NCBI GenBank assembly: GCA_022560555.1
Contig: JADFSZ010000133.1
Span: 1 to 5,031 of the forward strand
Reading direction: 5' to 3'
Length of the DNA stretch: 5,031 bases
DNA from: PVC group bacterium
GTDB taxonomy: Bacteria; GCA-001730085; JADFSZ01
Shown here: piece by piece, positions 1-5,031 of the stretch
Layout of the letters: the number at the start of each line of letters is the position of its first letter
Numbering within the stretch: the stretch's first letter is position 1
Position numbers and translations under genes: made by a program
The notes under the pieces: model-generated
Seen by the model: the letters and a program-made list of their open reading frames with translations, nothing else
Database searches by the model: none
What the model was told of the DNA's origin: nothing

Positions 1-227
1 CAATATTTGTTAGCCACCGTTTTTCTAAGTGTTTCCTCAATGACTGTCACGACAAAAGATGACTCAAGCATTTCTTCGATCGTACAACAAATTCCGTCAA
101 CCATAACACTATCCCCAACCTTGGCTCTTTTAATCACAGATTCGCATTCGATGACAAGTTGTTTAGCCCGATCTTTGATATGAACTCCTCGAATTTTTCC
201 CACTTCTTCAACAATCCCCGTAAACAT
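1..227 (-). CDS. ribE: Riboflavin synthase (alpha chain), N-terminal 75 codons only; 3' end lies outside the window
   Basis: My own translation of the minus strand from the ATG at 227-225 gives MFTGIVEEVGKIRGVHIKDRAKQLVIECESVIKRAKVGDSVMVDGICCTIEEMLESSFVVTVIEETLRKTVANKY... It has the canonical MFTGIVEE N-terminus. The segments 'VGDSV..DGICCT' and 'EETLRKT' are typical of the first lumazine-binding repeat of riboflavin synthase. A GGGGGA Shine-Dalgarno (240-235, minus strand) sits 7 nt upstream of the ATG. The gap after the ribD stop is only 16 nt. Confidence 0.9.
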   Translation of the reverse strand, partial: MFTGIVEEVGKIRGVHIKDRAKQLVIECESVIKRAKVGDSVMVDGICCTIEEMLESSFVVTVIEETLRKTVANKY

Positions 228-243
228 AATATGTTCCCCCATT

Positions 244-1422
244 TTAAGACAACTGCCCTTGAATGAGAATATCCGGGCCGATTTTCCGGTAAGTGACATT
301 TTTTAGTTGATAGGCTTGTTTTATTCTGTTGATACCTCGCCCTTCAAAAGCTGTCGGAGCCGAACGCCCGCCGATGAGCTTTGGAGCGATAAAAAACCAG
401 CATTCGTCGACATTCCCGGACGACAAAAAGCTGGCATTTGTCTCCCCCCCGCCCTCAACAAGGATCTGATATATCCCAAGATCAACAAGCTTCTTAAGAA
501 CGTCTTTAAGGGATAATTTTTTGTTTTTTAATATTGGAATCGATTCAATCTTCACACGTTTTTTTCCCCAGGCCTTCACAACAGATTCTGTCCGAACCCC
601 GGGCTGTGTTAGGACAAGTATGTCATAGGGACGTTCCGTTTGATTTTTTTTATTCAAAATGCTTTGGAATAATTTTAGATTTTTCGATTTTCTTAAAACC
701 CTTCCTTGGCCGTCTAAAACAATCCGCACAGGTTGCAAAGTCGAGCCTGAGAGTCTCGCGGTGAGAAGAGGATTGTCTTTTAAAACGGTATTGGCGCCGA
801 CAAGAACCCCGTCGACTTGGGCGCGAAGTTTATGAACCAGCTTCCGGGAAGCAAGCGAAGTGATCCATGCCGAGTCTCCCGAGCGGGTCGCTATTTTTCC
901 GTCAAGACTAACGGCCGATTTCAAAATAATATAAGGACGTTTTTCGGACAAAGCCTTCATGTATGCTTTATTAAGAATCATGGATTCTTTAGCTAGGATG
1001 TCTTTTGTAACATGAATTCCATGAGACTTTAGAATTTTAAGCCCCTGTCCCCTATGTCCCGGGTGTGGGTCCATGGCACTCACAACAACGCGTTTTATGC
1101 CCGAAAAAACAATCGCGTCCGTGCAGGGACATGTCCTTCCATAACTCGAGCATGGCTCAAGTGTCACATAGAGCGTGCAATTTTTTAACTGTTGGCTCTT
1201 ACGACTTGTCTTAACGCGCCTCATGGCATCCCGGATGGCAATCACCTCTGCATGCAGCCAATCCGTATACACATGATATCCCCGGCCCAGGATTTTATTT
1301 TTTTCGACAACCACGCATCCAACCATTGGATTAGGATGGGTTCGTCCCTGCCCTTTTTTTGCCAAATCAATGGCACACCGCATAAATTTTTTATCTTGTT
1401 CTGACAAGCTCATTTGGAACAT
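244..1422 (-). CDS. ribD: Bifunctional riboflavin biosynthesis protein RibD (pyrimidine deaminase plus 5-amino-6-(5-phosphoribosylamino)uracil reductase)
   Basis: 392-aa ORF. The N-terminal half carries the cytidine/dCMP-deaminase zinc motifs HAE ('WLHAEVIAI') and PC...C ('TLEPCSSYGRTCPC'). The C-terminal half carries reductase-domain segments ('ILKSAVSLDGKIATRSGDSAWITS', 'GANTVLKDNPLLTAR', 'ILVEGGGETNASFL'). Stop is TAA at 246-244. Start is uncertain. The ATG at 1422 has its AAGGA SD immediately adjacent, which is too close. The second ATG at 1413 sits 9 nt after that SD and forms an ATGA overlap with the nusB stop, so 244-1413 is probably the real CDS. Confidence 0.95.
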   Translation of the reverse strand: MFQMSLSEQDKKFMRCAIDLAKKGQGRTHPNPMVGCVVVEKNKILGRGYHVYTDWLHAEVIAIRDAMRRVKTSRKSQQLKNCTLYVTLEPCSSYGRTCPCTDAIVFSGIKRVVVSAMDPHPGHRGQGLKILKSHGIHVTKDILAKESMILNKAYMKALSEKRPYIILKSAVSLDGKIATRSGDSAWITSLASRKLVHKLRAQVDGVLVGANTVLKDNPLLTARLSGSTLQPVRIVLDGQGRVLRKSKNLKLFQSILNKKNQTERPYDILVLTQPGVRTESVVKAWGKKRVKIESIPILKNKKLSLKDVLKKLVDLGIYQILVEGGGETNASFLSSGNVDECWFFIAPKLIGGRSAPTAFEGRGINRIKQAYQLKNVTYRKIGPDILIQGQLS

Positions 1423-1817
1423 TCCTTACTGACTTTGTCTAAGATCCCGTTGATAAATTTTCCGGCATCCGCATTCGAATATTTTTTGGAAATATCGATG
1501 GCTTCGTTGATAGACACCTTGGGCGGAATGTCTTTCCTGTGAAGAAGCTCATAAACCGAAAGACGAAGAATACACTTGTCAATGATGCTCAGTCGATTCA
1601 AATCCCAATTTTTAGAATATTTCATGATCCATGTATCCAGTTCATCTTTCGATTCATTCACACCACAAAATATACTGGCAACAAAAATTTTAACTTCTTC
1701 ATTTTCTTCCCTCTCATGCCAAAATTGTTCGAGCATATCTTCCGGATTTTGCTCATTAAGCTCTTTTTGATATAAGAGTTTTAATATAATTTCGCGCGAT
1801 CGTCTACGTTTACCCAT
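1410..1817 (-). CDS. nusB: Transcription antitermination factor NusB
   Basis: 135-aa ORF of typical NusB length. It has a basic N-terminus followed by 'REIILKLLYQ'. It also has the NusB-type helices 'NRLSIIDKCILRLSVYELL' and 'PPKVSINEAIDISKKYSNADAGKFINGILDKV'. An AGGA SD lies 9 nt upstream of the ATG at 1817-1815. The TGA stop is at 1412-1410 and overlaps the ribD start region. Confidence 0.93.
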   Translation of the reverse strand: MGKRRRSREIILKLLYQKELNEQNPEDMLEQFWHEREENEEVKIFVASIFCGVNESKDELDTWIMKYSKNWDLNRLSIIDKCILRLSVYELLHRKDIPPKVSINEAIDISKKYSNADAGKFINGILDKVSKECSK

Positions 1818-1857
1818 ACTTCAATATCCTGTTGTTAGAATTCCAATACAAACGTTC

Positions 1858-3177
1858 TCAAAGCCGCATTTTGTGAGCCAACATAGACAAAAAGTCCTTT
1901 TCAAACTCATCGTTTGAGGCATAACACTTTTGAAAAATCTTCATCCATAACTCGTGACTTTCCATGCAAAGATAATAAAAAATCTTGTCATGCCACGGCG
2001 AAAATCCTGAAAATACGCCTCGGAATATATCTTCCTTGATGTCCATAGGGTATGTGTATTTTCCTTCCGGATTTTTCACAAACGACATTTGATGGACTTT
2101 AGTTTTTATGAGACTCTCCCGTATTTCACGAAGAACGGGTTTGATAAAGTGCAAAGTCCCCATGGAAACAAAAAGGACTTCTTGGGGCTGAAAAAGAGAA
2201 AGTATCCTTTGTGTGAGTGCATGATATTCTTTTTCCCACTCATCAAAATACAGGATAGGATGGAGGTGAAAAGCCACCTTAATACCCCGATCGGCAACCT
2301 GACGGGCAGCATGGAGACGCTCCTCTAGTGAAGCCGTCAAATGCTCTTCGTGATCAATGACAATTTGCGGATTTAAGCTCCACGCGCAAAAAATATTTTT
2401 AGGAATATCGTGGTCTTTAAAATAAGAAACATTTTTGGATTTTGACTTTAATTCAAGAATAACTTTAGGGTGTTTTCGCACAAACGCGCATAAGTGATCC
2501 AAAATACCACTTTGATTCCCCCACATCAAAGAATCACTCGCCTGCCCCGTCCCGATATGAATCCATGTATCCGGATCAATATCAATCGCATCCAGTTTCT
2601 TTTCGAGATCCTCATGAAAGTAAATTTTCCCCTGATTTCGTTCACTGAACGTCTGGATACAGCAATAACTGCACCCAAAACCGCAATTCAAGACCAAATC
2701 CAGTGTTCGAAGATTGCAACAAACAGTTTGATCTGATCGTACCGGACAAGATCCAAAGATCGTGTGTTTTTTTGAAATTTTCTCAAACTTTAATTTTGGC
2801 TGTTCGTGCTTCTTGGGCTTCGTTCGCTGATAGGTCTTTAATTCTGTTTTCGTCTTTTCGTAATGTTCTCGCAGCAGTAAGAACACCTGCCGCTTATCGG
2901 CTTCAGGGGGGATTGATGATCGGCCATACATCCCACTCAGACCCGGTTCTTGCCATGCGTCCAAATCCAGGCTCATGTCTACGAGCATTTTCAATTCCTG
3001 GTGTGAAAAACGAAACTGTTTATAAAGTTCCTTAAGAAAATTCTGCTCGGATTCACCTAAACGCTGATACAGCGTTCCTCGAACTTTCTCTAAAAAATTC
3101 TCTAAAAAACGGTCATCTGTCATTGTCTTTAACACAGCATACGCCTCAGGGGTGATCTTTAGCTTAGGAAATCCCAA
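1858..3177 (-). CDS. Radical SAM protein of the spore photoproduct lyase (SplB/COG1533-like) family with an additional ~135-aa N-terminal helical domain; function unknown
   Basis: 439-aa ORF. The CX3CX2C radical SAM motif 'NCGFGCSYCC' is encoded at 2662-2685. Residues ~136-405 align by eye end-to-end with Bacillus SplB as I remember it. Matching blocks cover the cluster loop, 'GQASD', 'FCAWSLNP', 'LEERLHAARQVADRGIKVAFHLHPILYFDEWEKEY', 'FIKPVL' and 'GKYTYP'. The N-terminal ~135 residues have no counterpart in SplB. Stop is TGA at 1860-1858. The annotated start at 3177 is TTG, with no SD and directly abutting a TGCTATAAT box. Alternative in-frame starts are GTG 3135 (GAGG 8 nt upstream) and ATG 3123. 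Confidence 0.8.
   Translation of the reverse strand: MGFPKLKITPEAYAVLKTMTDDRFLENFLEKVRGTLYQRLGESEQNFLKELYKQFRFSHQELKMLVDMSLDLDAWQEPGLSGMYGRSSIPPEADKRQVFLLLREHYEKTKTELKTYQRTKPKKHEQPKLKFEKISKKHTIFGSCPVRSDQTVCCNLRTLDLVLNCGFGCSYCCIQTFSERNQGKIYFHEDLEKKLDAIDIDPDTWIHIGTGQASDSLMWGNQSGILDHLCAFVRKHPKVILELKSKSKNVSYFKDHDIPKNIFCAWSLNPQIVIDHEEHLTASLEERLHAARQVADRGIKVAFHLHPILYFDEWEKEYHALTQRILSLFQPQEVLFVSMGTLHFIKPVLREIRESLIKTKVHQMSFVKNPEGKYTYPMDIKEDIFRGVFSGFSPWHDKIFYYLCMESHELWMKIFQKCYASNDEFEKDFLSMLAHKMRL
3086..3109 (-). repeat. Perfect 12-bp tandem duplication (2 x TTCTCTAAAAAA on plus strand; TTTTTTAGAGAA on the coding strand) inside the N-terminal domain of the SPL-like gene
   Basis: Read directly from the sequence: 3086-3097 is identical to 3098-3109. 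It is in frame (4 codons per unit) and encodes FLEN/FLEK in '..RFLENFLEKV..'. Confidence 0.9.
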
Positions 3178-3186
3178 ATTATAGCA
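3178..3186 (-). promoter_or_regulatory. Candidate extended -10 promoter element (TGCTATAAT) for the SPL-like/nusB/ribDE transcription unit
   Basis: The minus strand reads TGCTATAAT, a perfect TATAAT with the upstream TGn extension. It lies immediately 5' of the TTG at 3177. The -35 position (TAGGAA, 17-nt spacer) is weak, which extended -10 promoters tolerate. This is a sequence match only, in an AT-rich region. Confidence 0.3.
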
Positions 3187-3220
3187 CGGTCATGACAAAA
3201 TTCCTACGTACATTCGATGA

Positions 3221-3245
3221 ATTATCAATACATCCTATTGATAAT
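3221..3245. promoter_or_regulatory. Perfect 10-bp inverted repeat with 5-nt spacer (ATTATCAATA catcc TATTGATAAT); candidate operator for a dimeric transcription factor
   Basis: Read directly: 3221-3230 is the exact reverse complement of 3236-3245. It lies in the divergent intergenic region. Its centre (~3233) is about 60 nt upstream of the start site implied by the candidate minus-strand -10 box. Confidence 0.45.
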
Positions 3246-3356
3246 AAATTTGTTACACAGAATCAGAACCCTCTCCAAGGTCCTCTTCATTATAATTGTA
3301 TCTATTTGAAAAGTATAGATTTACATCACTTTTTGTCTTGCATTCAAACTCCATTC

Positions 3357-3385
3357 TTGAATCCATGAAAGATTAGGTATATGAT
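3357..3385 (+). promoter_or_regulatory. Candidate sigma70-type promoter for the sensor gene: TTGAAT (3357-3362), 17-nt spacer, TATGAT (3380-3385)
   Basis: Sequence match with optimal 17-nt spacing. The -10 hexamer overlaps the ATGATG at 3381-3386. If this promoter is used, the sensor must start at the ATG at 3468. A separate perfect TATAAT at 3291-3296 has no recognisable -35. Confidence 0.3.
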
Positions 3386-5031
3386 GTCTTCTACCCATTT
3401 CCATCTCGAAAAGACGACAATCCTGAGCAATGGATATCAGCATATTTACCTTAAATTGGGCACTGCCATGAAAAACTCAAGGTCTGAATCACACTTCCGG
3501 ATGTCGAGGTTTCCAAAAAAGCTCCTCATAACGACCATTCTGCTCAGCATTGTTATTTTTAGTGTCTCATGGATGTTCAATTTTTTTCTCCAGCAAGAAT
3601 ACCGATCCCATAATGCGCAAACTATCCGCCGCCAGGAACTTGTTTCCATGATCGTTTACTTGGATATGGTTTTAACCCTGTCAACACAAATGGGTGTATT
3701 GACGACACAATCTGTCTGGGGAGATGATTACAGGAAGTTTGAAATGCAATTGCGAAAAGCTTTTGAGGAGTTAGTTGCGATCAGGCCTCAAGATCCGGAC
3801 ATAGGCTATATCATTCAAGCTCAGCAAGCCAATGACAGACTGGTCGAAATCGAACAAAAAACATTTGCCCTTATAGAAGACAATAAGCTCGAGGAAGCCC
3901 AAACGATTCTTTCTTCTCGAGAGTACCAAACCGATAAAAGGCGTTACGCAAACGGAATCAGCCAATATCAAAACGCACTTCAGCAATATCTGATCACAAA
4001 AAAAAGTAGTCAGATTCGTAGTACTTATCTAACATTTTTCGTCAACGCCCTCGGCGTCGTTTTCTTGATTATCTTATGGACAACCGTATCGCGCCGCATA
4101 AGCCGATATCAAACTCAAAAAACTCTTTATGAAAAAAATCTCCGCCGAGAATCTCTCGCTATGCAAGCTTCCATGGACGGAATGGCCATTCTTGATCAAA
4201 ACGGATGCTACACGTATTTAAATGAGGCCCACGCACGGATTTACGGCTACGATCACCCAAGAGAGCTGATCCAAAAGAGCTGGCAGGTTCTTTACGCTCC
4301 GGATGAACTTGAACGTTTCAATAACGAAATTATGCCCCTCTTTCAAAAGCAAGGACAATGGCGCGGAGAAGCAATCGGCAAAAAAAAAGACAACACACTG
4401 TTTCATCAGGAGCTTTCTCTTACTAAGATTGACGAAGGCGGACTCATATGCGTCGTCAGAGATATCACAGCCCGCAAACGAACCGAAGAAGCGTTTAAGT
4501 CAATTCTTGAGGGGACAGCTTCCCAAACAGGGAGCCATTTCTTTAACTCTCTTGCCCAACAAATCGCCACAGCTCTGCACACACCTTATGTTATTGTTGC
4601 CGAGCTTATAGGAGAGACAAAGTCCGAAGCTCAAAGCATTGCCTTTTGGGAAACCGATCATCTTGGGAAGAATTTTCGATATGCCCTAGAGGGAACGCCT
4701 TGCCAAAAAGTCATGTGTGGACATCTCTGCTTTTACCCCAAAAACGTTCAAGGCTTGTTCCCAAAGGACCAAGATCTCAAAGATATGAATGTGGAAAGCT
4801 ATTTAGGAATCCCTCTTGCAAACACCAAGGGTGATATCATCGGACATCTTGTTGTTATGGATCACAAACCCATGGGAGAAGCTTTCCTGGAAACATCTCT
4901 TTTGAAAATTTTTGCCATGCGCGCGGCTTCGGAATTAGAACGTATGCGTAATGAGGAGCAGATCAAAAGGCAGCGCGCGTTTTTTCGCCAAGTGATCGAT
5001 TTGGATCCGAACTTTGTTTTCGCGAAGGACC
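3381..5031 (+). CDS. Membrane-bound multidomain signal-transduction sensor (TM, helical extracytoplasmic domain, TM, PAS, GAF, PAS...), 5' part only; output domain outside the window
   Basis: An open frame runs from the TGA at 3366-3368 to the window end and is absent from the ORF track because it has no stop. Possible starts are ATG 3381/3384 (AGG 3-6 nt upstream) or ATG 3468 (MKNSRSESHFRMSRFPKK, then TM). My translation shows TM1 'LLITTILLSIVIFSVSWMFNFFL' (~3522-3590) and a ~145-aa helical extracytoplasmic region. TM2 is 'YLTFFVNALGVVFLIILWTT' (~4026-4085). The PAS domain is 'MQASMDGMAILDQNGCYTYLNEAHARIYGY...GGLICVVRDITARKRTEEA' (~4143-4481). The GAF domain is 'FFNSLAQQIATAL...GTPCQKVMCGHLCFYP...SYLGIPL...GDIIGHLVVMDHKP...IFAMRAASELER' (~4500-4934). 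A second PAS begins at 'FFRQVIDLDPNFVFAKD' (4974-). Confidence 0.9.
   Translation, partial: MMSSTHFHLEKTTILSNGYQHIYLKLGTAMKNSRSESHFRMSRFPKKLLITTILLSIVIFSVSWMFNFFLQQEYRSHNAQTIRRQELVSMIVYLDMVLTLSTQMGVLTTQSVWGDDYRKFEMQLRKAFEELVAIRPQDPDIGYIIQAQQANDRLVEIEQKTFALIEDNKLEEAQTILSSREYQTDKRRYANGISQYQNALQQYLITKKSSQIRSTYLTFFVNALGVVFLIILWTTVSRRISRYQTQKTLYEKNLRRESLAMQASMDGMAILDQNGCYTYLNEAHARIYGYDHPRELIQKSWQVLYAPDELERFNNEIMPLFQKQGQWRGEAIGKKKDNTLFHQELSLTKIDEGGLICVVRDITARKRTEEAFKSILEGTASQTGSHFFNSLAQQIATALHTPYVIVAELIGETKSEAQSIAFWETDHLGKNFRYALEGTPCQKVMCGHLCFYPKNVQGLFPKDQDLKDMNVESYLGIPLANTKGDIIGHLVVMDHKPMGEAFLETSLLKIFAMRAASELERMRNEEQIKRQRAFFRQVIDLDPNFVFAKD

Noticed and set aside
307-1404. Plus-strand ORFs 307-516, 534-764 and 1192-1404 from the ORF track
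   Set aside because: They lie entirely antisense to the well-supported ribD CDS. They have low-complexity, non-protein-like sequences and no SD. They are shadow ORFs.
1539-1775. Plus-strand ORFs 1539-1775 and 1576-1770
   Set aside because: They are antisense to nusB, with F/I/S-rich composition typical of the reverse strand of an AT-rich gene. They are shadow ORFs.
2089-3035. ORFs 2089-2328(+), 2106-2312(-), 2494-2736(+) and 2703-3035(+)
   Set aside because: All are nested in or antisense to the 439-aa SPL-like CDS, whose homology runs through these coordinates. There are no independent start signals.
3221-3245. Resemblance of the palindrome half-sites to Fur-box hexamers (ATTATC/GATAAT) and to DnaA boxes (TTATCAATA versus TTATNCACA)
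   Set aside because: The hexamer orientation and spacing are inverted relative to the canonical 7-1-7 Fur box. There are only two degenerate DnaA-like boxes and no dnaA/dnaN context, so oriC is not supported. It is kept only as a generic operator candidate.
3192-3368. Unlisted 58-aa plus-strand ORF (MTKFLRTFDELSIHPIDNKF...FLNP*) filling the intergenic region, in the same frame as the sensor gene
   Set aside because: It has no SD. Its start is only 15 nt from the divergent gene, leaving no promoter space. The composition is unremarkable, and it spans the palindrome and promoter-like elements. It is most likely non-coding, though I could not exclude a small protein without conservation data.
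3366-3368. In-frame TGA joining the 58-aa ORF to the sensor frame, raising possible TGA recoding, an alternative genetic code or a pseudogene
   Set aside because: TGA clearly acts as a stop for nusB (normal 135-aa length, ATGA coupling) and for the SPL-like gene. Standard code 11 therefore fits, and the upstream segment has no sensor-like features.
1818-3380. Looked for an FMN (RFN) riboswitch upstream of the rib genes, in 1818-1857 and 3178-3380
   Set aside because: The 40-nt gap is too short, and the AT-rich divergent region lacks the GC-rich conserved RFN core helices. No riboswitch is called.
4380-4388. A9 homopolymer within the sensor CDS (also A8 at 3998-4005) as a possible phase-variation or slippage site; the +1 frame is open across 4303-4611
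   Set aside because: Runs of 7-9 A/T are frequent throughout this window, including in the housekeeping genes (for example T8 at 644-651 in ribD). This reflects base composition rather than a dedicated contingency locus.
4143-4730. Possible photoreceptor: a LOV-type PAS domain, or a bilin-binding GAF domain (a light theme alongside the SPL-like and flavin genes)
   Set aside because: The PAS Cys lies in 'QNGCYTYLNE', not the LOV 'GxNCRFLQ' motif. The GAF cysteines do not match the canonical Cys-His or DXCF arrangement and spacing of phytochromes or cyanobacteriochromes. This stays pure speculation.
3446-4834. ORFs 3446-3649(-), 3771-3986(-), 4218-4406(-), 4303-4611(+) and 4646-4834(+)
   Set aside because: All overlap the continuous sensor reading frame, whose TM, PAS and GAF features are clear. 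They are alternative-frame or antisense shadows.
1-5031. Scan for CRISPR repeats, tRNA/rRNA, IS or transposon ends, integrases, toxin-antitoxin or defence-island signatures
   Set aside because: I noticed no spaced direct repeats, no terminal inverted repeats and no recombinase-like ORFs. No abrupt compositional shift was visible by eye. The window reads as core chromosome.

Overview
Low-GC (roughly 40% by eye) bacterial chromosomal window with five genes and one divergent control region. On the minus strand there is a probable four-gene operon. It runs from an SPL-family (spore-photoproduct-lyase-like) radical SAM protein with an extra N-terminal domain (1858-3177), to nusB (1410-1817), to ribD (244-1422, more likely starting at 1413), to ribE riboflavin synthase (1-227, runs off the window). 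On the plus strand is the first ~1.6 kb of a large membrane-anchored multidomain sensor. Its order is TM, helical extracytoplasmic domain, TM, PAS, GAF, then a second PAS. It starts at 3381/3384 or 3468 and runs off the window, which is why it is missing from the supplied ORF track. Between the two lies a 200-290 bp AT-rich divergent region with a perfect 10-5-10 palindrome and candidate sigma70-type promoters. I see no CRISPR array, tRNA/rRNA, transposase or integrase, toxin-antitoxin pair or recognisable defence genes. All other ORFs in the track are shadows of these five genes. This is therefore a largely housekeeping neighbourhood. The most unusual element is the SPL-like radical SAM protein: non-sporulation context, extra domain, extra cysteines, altered catalytic-relay positions, and apparent co-transcription with nusB and the riboflavin genes. 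The Cys-rich GAF sensor and the palindromic operator candidate come next. I cannot claim a complete novel system from the sequence alone.
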